Assembly: GCA_964451675.1 (NCBI GenBank)
Contig: CAYVIL010000003.1
Span: 7,585-57,890, forward strand
Source of the DNA: an uncultured Candidatus Saccharibacteria bacterium
GTDB lineage: Bacteria; Patescibacteriota; WWE3; JAUXAW01; CAYREW01
Direction of reading: 5' to 3'
DNA length: 50,306 nt
Below the pieces are notes generated by a model that was not told where the DNA came from, searched no databases, and saw only the letters and a list, made by a program, of their open reading frames with translations. Made by a program: the position numbers and the translations under genes. The first letter of the stretch is position 1, and every line of letters starts with the position of its first letter. Positions 35,616 to 44,415 of this stretch are shown piece by piece.

Positions 35616-36823
35616 TAACTAAATAAATTTATTACTGAGACAACGTATTCTAAAGGAGCATAGAGTAAAAACGAAAAAAAACCACTAAGCTGAAAACTTA
35701 GATAAGAAGAAAATACGGAGAGAAAGCCTAACCAAGTTATAAACGGTACCGCGGTAATGATCAAAATATTACAAATAAAAGATATAAAAGAAAAGGGCTG
35801 AGAAAAGTAAAAGAATAAAACAGGGTATGTAGCTATCTGTGCAGACCACGTTTCAGCTATAGAACTCCTGAAAAACTTAGGTAAGAAGCGTAAATACTTA
35901 ACGATAAAAGGAGAAACATACACCATACCTAAGGTAGCACAAAAAGTTAACTGGAAAGAAACATTCCAAAGAAGATTTGGACTGAAATGTAAGAGCAGAA
36001 CGGAGCTAAAAAACAAGGCGAACCGAGAATCAGGTTGTCTTCCCAAAAACTGACCGAGAAAAGCTAAAAAAGTCATTAGAGCAGCTCTAACAACTGGCGG
36101 ATTACCTCCCACTATTAAAGCATAGAAAATCACTCCAAAAACAGAAAAAAGTAGAGAACCCCAACGCCCAAATAAAAAAGCAATAGCAGTTAAAGCACTT
36201 ATAACAACTACAAAGTTAAATCCGGAAGCAACAACAATATGTGTTGTTCCAGATTTCTTTAATGCATTGGAAAATTTAGAAGGAATATTAGAATAACCAA
36301 ACAAAATTCCTGCTAATAGAGACGAATGTGGCTCTGGTAGCAGCCTCTTAGTCCGCGCTATTAAAGAATCTCTCCAAGAAAAAAATTTAGACCGGACAGA
36401 GTATTTTAAACTACGCAGGTTATACTCCATTTTATAATCTAAATCCTGTACTTTCTCCAAAGCAGGATAACTGGAAAGAGCGGAGATCCCACGCAAATGC
36501 AAATAACCAGGAGGATTCTCTAACGTACCAGTAATTTTAAGGGAATCCCCTATTGAAAAAAGGGGATATAACCTAGTCTTAACACGAATACTACCTACAA
36601 GGGGAACTCCATCAAAAACTAATCCTGTAATGTCCAAATTTTGGTGCGTTGCTCGATAAGAAATGTCGGAAACTTGCCCAATCAAATCAACACAGGAACC
36701 TGTATAAATTGGAGGTGGTGTATAGAAGTAAAAACTGAAAACAAGAGTAAATAAAATAAAAGCTGCCAATAAAGGCCTAATAGAATATGTACGTTCGTGA
36801 ATGTCACATTTTGGTCTTTGCAC
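35615..36823 (-). CDS. ComEC/Rec2 N-terminal module: OB-like domain plus polytopic competence channel domain
   Basis: An N-terminal soluble beta-rich segment followed by about 8 TM helices with ...LLAGILFGY...LKKSGTTHIVVASGFN. The start codon is GTG and the start position is uncertain. Confidence 0.75.
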   Translation of the reverse strand: MQRPKCDIHERTYSIRPLLAAFILFTLVFSFYFYTPPPIYTGSCVDLIGQVSDISYRATHQNLDITGLVFDGVPLVGSIRVKTRLYPLFSIGDSLKITGTLENPPGYLHLRGISALSSYPALEKVQDLDYKMEYNLRSLKYSVRSKFFSWRDSLIARTKRLLPEPHSSLLAGILFGYSNIPSKFSNALKKSGTTHIVVASGFNFVVVISALTAIAFLFGRWGSLLFSVFGVIFYALIVGGNPPVVRAALMTFLAFLGQFLGRQPDSRFALFFSSVLLLHFSPNLLWNVSFQLTFCATLGMVYVSPFIVKYLRFLPKFFRSSIAETWSAQIATYPVLFFYFSQPFSFISFICNILIITAVPFITWLGFLSVFSSYLSFQLSGFFSFLLYAPLEYVVSVINLFS

Positions 36824-37520
36824 CTATTTTAACCTTCTCCAATGAAGAAACAAGCTTTCGTGCGTCATCACCCAACCAATCAGCGAACAGAAGCTCTTTA
36901 GGAAGGAAAGGATCTTTTACAGCAGTATCTAAATACTTTGCGGTTACATTGTTAGCTAAATTATCTAACCTGTCAGGACTATCTTGATTCTCTACATAAC
37001 CTGTTTGCCAAGCTTCCAAAACTGATGCATATTCCTTGTTCAAGGCTGATAAATCCCAAACACGAGCAGCAAATTGAACATTGTTTTTAACACCTAAAAT
37101 ATTTAATGTTTCTACTACATACACATAGCGATCCCAACCCTTTGTACTTAATTTTTCCCAAAACTCATCGGGCAAAGACCGCCAAAGAACCCAAACGCTC
37201 CTTTGCCACTGCCCTGCGCCGAGTTTTTTAATATAATTACGTACGGAATCTCTAATACAGCGTTGTTCTTCCGGAACATCAAATAAAACTAATCGAAACT
37301 TGCCATCCCACTCGGAGTTGAAGTTAGCCAAAGATCGTAAATTTAAACCATCACTCCTCTCAGTTTCCTCCAACCACCCCTCAGCAATTAAAGACGATAA
37401 GACCTTGGAAATACCTCGAGAGCTGTAGCCAATACGCTTAAACTGTTCTAAAACCCTGGTTTCTGCTACCTGAGGAAAAAGAGATACGTATATAAGAACT
37501 TTATCTTTCAACTCTGCCAT
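36804..37520 (-). CDS. PaaX-like regulator (winged-helix N-domain plus PaaX-type C-domain)
   Basis: The N-terminal wHTH-like region ends in EGWLEE. WDGKFRLVLFDVPEEQRCIRDSVRNYIKKLGAGQWQRSVWVL matches the PaaX W-G-W...P....R...R..L...G....GVW pattern. Confidence 0.55.
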   Translation of the reverse strand: MAELKDKVLIYVSLFPQVAETRVLEQFKRIGYSSRGISKVLSSLIAEGWLEETERSDGLNLRSLANFNSEWDGKFRLVLFDVPEEQRCIRDSVRNYIKKLGAGQWQRSVWVLWRSLPDEFWEKLSTKGWDRYVYVVETLNILGVKNNVQFAARVWDLSALNKEYASVLEAWQTGYVENQDSPDRLDNLANNVTAKYLDTAVKDPFLPKELLFADWLGDDARKLVSSLEKVKIGAKTKM

Positions 37521-37570
37521 TATTGATAATTTAACGTACTACGAACGTGATGTCAACAACAAGCGGAGGG

Positions 37571-37987
37571 TTAATTTCCTACTGTTATAGCATCCTTTAT
37601 TTTTTCAAAGGTCTTGTCACCAATACCTGAAACATCTTTAATCTCATCGATTGTTCTAAAAGGGTTCTTCGTCCTGTATTCAATTATAGCAGCAGCGCGC
37701 TTTGGCCCAATGTTATACAGAGTCGCCAACTGTTCCACAGTAGCAGTATTAATATTAATAACATCTAAACCCAAACTTTTTTTTGACTGCAGCGGTTCTG
37801 CACTAAATGAAGCAACATTTTCAAGTTCCATTGCACCATTACCAGGATAAAATACATGTAAGTCAGGCTCCAAACGTGGTACAACAATGAGAAATATAAG
37901 AAGAGCGGACAATGCGGCAGAGAAAAGAGATACTGCTAGATAGCTATGCCATAGTCGCAACCACCTAGAATACATATTAAAAATCAT
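37571..37987 (-). CDS. comEA: Competence protein ComEA (membrane-anchored tandem helix-hairpin-helix DNA receptor)
   Basis: TM anchor, then ININTATVEQLATLYNIGPKRAAAIIEYR...IDEIKDVSGIGDKTFEKIKD. The start is ambiguous (ATG at 37987 or 37975) and the track start is a TTG. Confidence 0.8.
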   Translation of the reverse strand: MIFNMYSRWLRLWHSYLAVSLFSAALSALLIFLIVVPRLEPDLHVFYPGNGAMELENVASFSAEPLQSKKSLGLDVININTATVEQLATLYNIGPKRAAAIIEYRTKNPFRTIDEIKDVSGIGDKTFEKIKDAITVGN

Positions 37988-38058
37988 ATCCTCTCTGGAT
38001 GGTGTAAAAAAAAATACACAGCAAAAGATAAACACCAACTCCCGTCTATACTTAAAGT

Positions 38059-40503
38059 CTAAAGAACCACAAAATTTACTAAGCGCTGATCGACATAAAT
38101 AACTTTCTTAATATCTCTGCCTTGCAAATATTTTTCCACATTAGGAAGATCTTTAGCACGAGCAATAATTTCATCCCTAGATGTAACTCTGGTTACATCA
38201 AAGGTAGCTCTAGTCTTCCCATTAACCTGTGCAACAATAGTCAAAGTTTTCTCGCGCGCCAAATCTGGATCAAATTTTGGCCAGGGTTGCCGATGGATGG
38301 AGAAAGAATTACCTAGGGCATTACACCAAAGCTCCTCCGTTATATAGGGGGCTAAAGGTGCTAACGTTTGTAGAAACACGCCAATAGATTCCAATGTTAA
38401 TGTTTCTTCACTAGCTGCCCAACTATTAGTAAATTCCATTAACGCAGCAACAGCTGTATTAAATTTCATTGATTCAATATCATTGCCAACTTTCTCCACA
38501 AGTTGATGCAGCTTGCGAACTAAATGATCACTAACCTGCACAGATGCGGAAGAATTTGTTTGCTTCGCAGTTTCTGTAACCAACCGCCAAACCTTGTTCA
38601 AAAAACGATAGCACCCCGCAACCCCATGAGGATCCCACACCACCATCTGATCAAAAGGTCCCAGAAAAGCCTCGTACAACCTAAAAGTATCAACTCCATA
38701 AGCAGCAACAACATCATCAGGATTAACAACATTGCCTCTAGATTTACTCATTTTCTGATTGTCAGGTCCCAAAACAACACCATGAGAAGTTCTTTTGGCG
38801 TATGGCTCAGGACCCGGAGCATATCCGCAATCAAACAAAAACTTATAAATAAAACGGGAGTAAAGAAGATGCAAAGTTGTGTGTTCCATACCACCGTTAT
38901 ACCAATCAACTGGCATCCAATAGTTTAACTTATCCATACTGGCTAATTCTTCGGGGTTGTCGGGATCACAATAGCGCATGTAATACCAATTCGAACCTGC
39001 CCAGTTCGGCATAGTATCTGTTTCCCTTCTTGCTAACCCGCTACAAATAGGACAAGTTGTTGATACCCAATCCTCTGCCGCTGCTAAAGGAGACTCTCCA
39101 GTCCCTGTTGGTTTATAATTTTTAAGAGGCGGAAGCTCAACCGGCAATTCGCTCTCAGGAACAGGTACTACCCCACAGCGTTGACAATAAATAACGGGTA
39201 TAGGCTCCCCCCAATAGTGCTGCCTTGAAAAAATCCAGTCCCGCAAATGGTACTGGACATCCTTACACCCCTTCCCTTTCGCAGCTAAATCCCCAATAAT
39301 CTTCTCCATAGCAACTTCTGATTGTAAACCACTGTAAGAGCCAGAAGCTACCAACTTTCCGTAACCAGTATAGACTTCTTGGTCATTCTGTTTGTTCTCC
39401 GGCTTAATAACCTCCTTAATAGGTAATCCAAACTTAATAGCAAATTCGTAATCTCGTTTATCGTGTGCAGGAACTCCCATAATGGCGCCGGTACCATAAG
39501 TCATCAAAACAAAATCGGATACAAAGATAGGTAGTTCAATCTCAGTAAAAGGATGAAGCGCGTACACACCGGTAAAAACGCCGCTTTTATCTTTTGCTTC
39601 AGCCAATCGATCCAGATCAGAACGCTGAACAGCTTGCTCAACGTATTCCTCGACTTTTTCTCTTTGGGAATCTGGCATTTGCGATTTAACTTTATCCAAT
39701 ACGGGGTGTTCGGGCGCAAGTATAATAAAAGTAACACCAAATAATGTATCCGGCCGCGTAGTAAAAACCTCAATTTTCTCCTCAGAGTTGCGTACATCGA
39801 ATCTAATCAAAGAACCCTCACTTCTGCCAATCCAATTCTTCTGTTGCGCTTTGATTTTGGGAATAAAATCAACATTCTCCAAATCCTCTAGCAACCGATC
39901 TGCGTATTTGGTAATAGCTAAAAGCCATTGTTCCTGCATCCTCCTTTCAACTCCAGCACCACAACGCTCGTGGGTACCATCTGACAAAACTTCTTCATTA
40001 GCTAAATTTGTTTTGCACTTAGGACACCAATTAACGGGGACGGCGTCCCGATAAGCTAGACCCTTTTCCAGCAATTTTAAAAAAATCCACTGCGTCCATT
40101 TATAGTAGTTTGGATCAGATGTTGTTACTTCCCTCCGCCAATCTATTGAAATTCCCCACCTTTTTACTTGCTTTTTAGCACTAACAATGTTATCCTCTGT
40201 CGCCTTTTGAGGGCTAATACCGGTTCTAATAGCATAATTTTCGGTCGGTAAACCAAAAGCATCCCACCCAAAAGGGAACATCACGTTATAACCTTGCATA
40301 CGATACTTTCTGACTACCGAATCTAAACAGCAGTAAGTCCGTCCATGCCCAACATGTAAACGCTCCCCTGAAGGATAGGGGAACTCCACAAGAATATACT
40401 TCTTCTTTGCAGCAGCAAAATCCTCGGATCGGTAGAGCTCATTTTCTTCCCAGACCTTTTCCCATTTTGGCTCAATCTTTGAAGGTTGGTACTTTTCCAG
40501 CAT
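38059..40503 (-). CDS. leuS: Leucyl-tRNA synthetase
   Basis: MLEKYQPSKIEPKWEKVW N-terminus, HVGH in FPYPSGERLHVGHGRTY, and KMSKS. Confidence 0.95.
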   Translation of the reverse strand: MLEKYQPSKIEPKWEKVWEENELYRSEDFAAAKKKYILVEFPYPSGERLHVGHGRTYCCLDSVVRKYRMQGYNVMFPFGWDAFGLPTENYAIRTGISPQKATEDNIVSAKKQVKRWGISIDWRREVTTSDPNYYKWTQWIFLKLLEKGLAYRDAVPVNWCPKCKTNLANEEVLSDGTHERCGAGVERRMQEQWLLAITKYADRLLEDLENVDFIPKIKAQQKNWIGRSEGSLIRFDVRNSEEKIEVFTTRPDTLFGVTFIILAPEHPVLDKVKSQMPDSQREKVEEYVEQAVQRSDLDRLAEAKDKSGVFTGVYALHPFTEIELPIFVSDFVLMTYGTGAIMGVPAHDKRDYEFAIKFGLPIKEVIKPENKQNDQEVYTGYGKLVASGSYSGLQSEVAMEKIIGDLAAKGKGCKDVQYHLRDWIFSRQHYWGEPIPVIYCQRCGVVPVPESELPVELPPLKNYKPTGTGESPLAAAEDWVSTTCPICSGLARRETDTMPNWAGSNWYYMRYCDPDNPEELASMDKLNYWMPVDWYNGGMEHTTLHLLYSRFIYKFLFDCGYAPGPEPYAKRTSHGVVLGPDNQKMSKSRGNVVNPDDVVAAYGVDTFRLYEAFLGPFDQMVVWDPHGVAGCYRFLNKVWRLVTETAKQTNSSASVQVSDHLVRKLHQLVEKVGNDIESMKFNTAVAALMEFTNSWAASEETLTLESIGVFLQTLAPLAPYITEELWCNALGNSFSIHRQPWPKFDPDLAREKTLTIVAQVNGKTRATFDVTRVTSRDEIIARAKDLPNVEKYLQGRDIKKVIYVDQRLVNFVVL

Positions 40504-40648
40504 TATGATCGTTATTCTAACATACATTGTAGCAAGCTCCTAAGAGCCTACTAAAGAGATTAATAACATAATAAAGGGGGAACAAAAAAGCAGTAAAGCA
40601 ATGGAGTAATAGCAACAGTTTAATAACTAACCTAAATATTTATACAGA

Positions 40649-40723
40649 TGGTGGAGCGGAAGGGATTTGAACCCTTGACCTCCTCATTGCGACTGAGGTG
40701 CTCTTCCACTGAGCTACCGCCCC
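40649..40723 (-). tRNA. tRNA-Ala (anticodon CGC)
   Basis: GGGGCGG..anticodon loop GTCGCAA..GGGTTCAAATCCC..CCGCTCC-A-CCA. It carries the G3-U70 alanine identity pair. Confidence 0.9.
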
Positions 40724-40854
40724 ATCGTAGTAAAAATAGTAACACAAGAAACGCTTTGCAACCTAGTAACAATTGTTAACAACTCTTGATTGAAAGGTAC
40801 AGAACAAAATACACCAAAACCAGCCGGGGAAGAAGATGCGAAAAAGTTTACTTT

Positions 40855-42024
40855 TTAGTAAAAAATCATAGGATTGAGAAATTTACCGTTGTGTTGAATC
40901 ATAAAATGAACGTGTTGACCATAAGCTCTACCGGTCGCACCCATAGTACCAATAACCTGCCCCTGCTCAACATAATCTCCAACACTGACAGCTACCCTAG
41001 AAAGATGACAATAAGAACTCAAATAGCCGTCACCGTGATCAATCTGAACAGCAATCCCAAACCCGACTGGCCACCAGCCAGCACGTACAACCCGACCTGA
41101 GTCAATTGCGTAAATTGGTCCACTCTTAGGTCTAGGAATATCAACAGCTGGATGGTAGCTGTGGTAACCTTGCGAAACAGTTCTGTTGGATGTCGGCCAA
41201 ATAAAGCGCCCGCTTCCACCAATAAACTCACCTTGCGAAGCAAGAACCGAACTAACTGCCGGAGTAGAAGGCGCAGCAGGAGCGGAGGGCTTTGGAATAG
41301 TAGCCCCAGGCACAATTAACTCGCTTCCAACCTCCAAATTAAAGGGCTTAAAAAGGTAGTTAGCATCCACAATTAACTGGGGATCCACTTTGTACCTCTC
41401 CGCTAACTTTTCAACACTATCACCTTTCTTTACTTCGACAATAACACCATCCTCTATAGGAGGAATCTGCAAAATTGTACCGACACGTAAATTATCACAG
41501 TCACTAAGATTGTTGCTTGCACATAAACTGGAAACAGAAACTTTGTATTTCTCCCCAATAGATGAAAGTGTGTCTCCTGCAGTAACAGTATGTCCAATCT
41601 TTTCTGACCTTGCGTAGCCTCTCACCCCTTCTGTAATAGTAGTAACAGGTTTTGAAAATGCATCACTTACCTCTATTCCATTACCTTCAGCAAAAGTTGT
41701 TGGAGTATTTAGTAAAGGTGCAACTAAAATCACAGCGCTTCCCAAACCAACGAGAGAAGCATGACTCAACGGGCGAGATAGCCTACCACGACCCCACAGA
41801 AGCTTTCTAACAATAAAAAATCTCATGCGTTTAACAGCTATTCTTAAACTGCTGAAACCAACCAAAATAGCAACTAAGCCCTTTTTAATCCGCGAGAAAG
41901 CAAGGGTTTGTAAAAAGATGAGGTAAGAATTTAAATTGGTTTTCTCTCCCAAATTTGGCTCTAGGCCGGGCAAATAAAGTACGTCGCGATAAGAGGGAGA
42001 GATTCCTGAGGGCTCGTGTTTCAT
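40855..42024 (-). CDS. LysM-domain peptidase M23 (peptidoglycan endopeptidase)
   Basis: Two LysM repeats (HTVTAGDTLSSIGEKYKVS; VEVKKGDSVEKLAERYKVD). M23 motifs HPAVDI and GTMGATGRAYGQHVHF. The start is uncertain; the ATG at 41826 (MRFFIVRKLL, just before the TM helix) is an alternative. Confidence 0.8.
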   Translation of the reverse strand: MKHEPSGISPSYRDVLYLPGLEPNLGEKTNLNSYLIFLQTLAFSRIKKGLVAILVGFSSLRIAVKRMRFFIVRKLLWGRGRLSRPLSHASLVGLGSAVILVAPLLNTPTTFAEGNGIEVSDAFSKPVTTITEGVRGYARSEKIGHTVTAGDTLSSIGEKYKVSVSSLCASNNLSDCDNLRVGTILQIPPIEDGVIVEVKKGDSVEKLAERYKVDPQLIVDANYLFKPFNLEVGSELIVPGATIPKPSAPAAPSTPAVSSVLASQGEFIGGSGRFIWPTSNRTVSQGYHSYHPAVDIPRPKSGPIYAIDSGRVVRAGWWPVGFGIAVQIDHGDGYLSSYCHLSRVAVSVGDYVEQGQVIGTMGATGRAYGQHVHFMIQHNGKFLNPMIFY

Positions 42025-42223
42025 ACCCGCCTTTTAAATCAGGCAAATTGCAATATACCACCCGCATACTGACATGTCAAATTTAACTTTCACTATCCGT
42101 ACCCAGCATTACTATTTTTACTATGTTAGAGAGGAACTTTGGCAAAAAAACTTGTCCAGTTAGATTAAAATATCACTATTAAAGCAAAGAAACCACTACT
42201 AGAATTCAATCCTCCCTACATTT

Positions 42224-43438
42224 CTATTTATTCTCGTGCAAAGTATCTAAAAATTCCTTATTATCCTGCGTTTTCTTCAACCGCTCAACTATGAGCGGTG
42301 TAGCCTCCGCATCGCCAAGAAGATCAGTCATTCTCCGTAAGCGATGTGCTTTTTCCAACGTATCTTTATCATATAGGAGCTCTTCATGGCGTGTATAAGA
42401 TCTTTTTATATCAATAGCAGGAAATATTCGCCTCTCAGCAAGACGACGATCCAAAAACAGCTCCATATTACCTGTCCCTTTAAACTCTTCGTAAATCAAA
42501 TCGTCCATTCTAGATCCAGTATCTACAAGTGCCGTTGCCATAATAGTTAATGAACCACCGTCTTCGAAATTACGGGCGGCACCAAAAAAGTGCTTCGGTG
42601 GGTACAATGCTGTAGGATCAAAACCCCCACTCAGTGTTCTTCCAGAAGGAGGAATTACCAAATTGTAAGCGCGCGCCAACCTGGTAATAGAATCTAATAA
42701 AATAACTACATCCTCACCAAGTTCAGCACGGCGCTTTGCTTTTTCTAAAGCCAACTCGGACACTTGAGTATGAACCTCTGGCGGCTCATCAAAATTAGCA
42801 GCAATAACCTCACCATCAACTGATCTGCGAATATCTGTAACTTCTTCCGGGCGCTCCGCTATTAAAAGAACAATTAATTCCATTTCCGAATGATTGGACG
42901 TAATCCCATTAGCAATATCTTTCAACAGCCATGTCTTCCCTGCATAAGGAGGAGAAACAATAGAACCTCTTTGTCCTTTACCTATAGGAGCAACTAAATC
43001 AATCAACCTAGTACTTACAATATTCGGTTCAGTTTCCAGTTTAAGCCATTCACGCGGAAAAATAGGAGTGAGCTTATCAAAACGCGGACGCTTGCTGGCC
43101 TCCTCTGGATCTTTACCCGCAACTTTATTTACCCTTAAAAGGGAATAATAACGCTCCCCTTCCTTCGGTGGACGCGCTATACCGGTAACAGTATCGCCCA
43201 TTCTAATATCAAAACGCCTTATCTGGGAACTGGAAACGTATACGTCAGTAGAGCTAGGCTTGAGCTCTGGTGAACGCAGAATTCCATAACCGTCAGATTG
43301 AATATCTAAGATACCCTTTGCTTCAAGGGTATCACCGGACTCTCTATAACTTTCAACCACAGATTTGGAATCACCAGAACTGTGATTGTTAGATTTATGA
43401 TTATTAGATAAAGTTTCTTCGGAAGAAATAAGAGCCAT
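42224..43438 (-). CDS. rho: Transcription termination factor Rho
   Basis: RNA-binding OB region DGYGILRS...YVSSSQIRRFDIRMGD, Walker A GKGQRGSIVSPPYAGKT, and the Q/R-loop region. Confidence 0.95.
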   Translation of the reverse strand: MALISSEETLSNNHKSNNHSSGDSKSVVESYRESGDTLEAKGILDIQSDGYGILRSPELKPSSTDVYVSSSQIRRFDIRMGDTVTGIARPPKEGERYYSLLRVNKVAGKDPEEASKRPRFDKLTPIFPREWLKLETEPNIVSTRLIDLVAPIGKGQRGSIVSPPYAGKTWLLKDIANGITSNHSEMELIVLLIAERPEEVTDIRRSVDGEVIAANFDEPPEVHTQVSELALEKAKRRAELGEDVVILLDSITRLARAYNLVIPPSGRTLSGGFDPTALYPPKHFFGAARNFEDGGSLTIMATALVDTGSRMDDLIYEEFKGTGNMELFLDRRLAERRIFPAIDIKRSYTRHEELLYDKDTLEKAHRLRRMTDLLGDAEATPLIVERLKKTQDNKEFLDTLHENK

Positions 43439-43555
43439 AATTTTAGTTTAATGTTTGGAAGTGGACACGAAACACGAAATTGAGGTTCTAGCACTCCGCA
43501 ATTACTTAATACTTACACACTTAAATAGAAGGTGTCAAGTAGACGTAGAGGATAC

Positions 43556-43601
43556 AGTAGAGGGAACAGCGTGCCTGCCCAATCACGCTGCCCCCACTAC
43601 T
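43556..43601 (-). terminator. Long stem-loop between the surface-protein gene and the rho promoter region (terminator-like, no U-tract)
   Basis: Minus strand AGUAGUGGGGGCAGCGUG-(10 nt loop)-CACGCUGUUCCCUCUACU. 17 of 18 positions pair, including two G-U pairs that would be A-C mismatches on the plus strand. Confidence 0.4.
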
Positions 43602-43615
43602 AAACCCTTTTTACT

Positions 43616-44323
43616 CTATGTAGCGTTCCGCAGAATAACAGAACTTGAAGCTTTTAAAATTAATCCTGCAAGAATAAGCATTAATGATAATCCTATTAAA
43701 TTAGCTGTAGCTGATGCCCCAGATACAGGAAGCTTTTCAACTCCTAACACCTTTTCTTCTACAGCCACGCAAATCCAAGCTTCGTCGTTGTCCATTTCCT
43801 TACCATCCTGGTATATCCAAGAAAGGTTCTTTAGACATAGATCCTGGGCTAAATCAACAGAAACACGGACATCTAAAGTAATACTCCGCCACCTGGAATC
43901 CTGCTCTAAATGGCCAACAGTGTATGAGAACTCTCTTGTATCAGAATTATACCTACCCGGACCGGTAATAAAATCAATATAAGAAGGGAGTTGGTCAATA
44001 ATTTCAACATTTTCCAAATCAACATTACCGGCATTACGGTAGCGTAAACGATAAGTAACTAAACCATTAGGTGAAAAAACGTGTTCCTCCCTATCAATAT
44101 TGTCTTCCCAATCACCTGTTTCAGGATTCCAGACCTCTTTATCAATTTCCAATTCAAGAACTTCTTCCTTTTCTCCCCCACCGTAATCGCCACCGTATTC
44201 ACCAGAAGCGTTATCAGCAGCTAAAACATCGGTGGAAACTAAAGGAAAGACAGGCACTACTAAGAGCGCCCCCAGAGCTAAAACTGTTATACTGGTATTT
44301 AGAGGCTTAATAAAAAATTTCAT
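43616..44323 (-). CDS. Cell-surface protein with a DUF11-type repeat domain and a C-terminal LPVSG sortase sorting signal
   Basis: Signal peptide MKFFIKPLNTSITVLALGALLVVPVF. VTYRLRYRNAGNVDLENVEIIDQLPSYIDFI fits the DUF11 pattern. The C-terminus is LPVSG, a hydrophobic stretch, then K. Confidence 0.75.
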   Translation of the reverse strand: MKFFIKPLNTSITVLALGALLVVPVFPLVSTDVLAADNASGEYGGDYGGGEKEEVLELEIDKEVWNPETGDWEDNIDREEHVFSPNGLVTYRLRYRNAGNVDLENVEIIDQLPSYIDFITGPGRYNSDTREFSYTVGHLEQDSRWRSITLDVRVSVDLAQDLCLKNLSWIYQDGKEMDNDEAWICVAVEEKVLGVEKLPVSGASATANLIGLSLMLILAGLILKASSSVILRNAT

Positions 44324-44415
44324 AGCGTTGTTTAAAAATACCACACACTATCAGGTATGTCAAGTTTATGGGGTCACTATAGATCCAGTTTTTCAGAGGT
44401 GTTAGAATACTTAGC

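Noticed and set aside
40786-41315. ORFs 40786-41100 (+) and 41019-41315 (-, alternative frame) within the LysM/M23 gene.
   Set aside because: They overlap a gene with clear LysM and M23 motifs and have no features of their own.
43455-43982. 175-aa plus-strand ORF spanning the rho leader and the surface-protein gene.
   Set aside because: It is antisense to a gene with a signal peptide, a DUF11 motif and a sorting signal. It has no SD and no recognisable motif.
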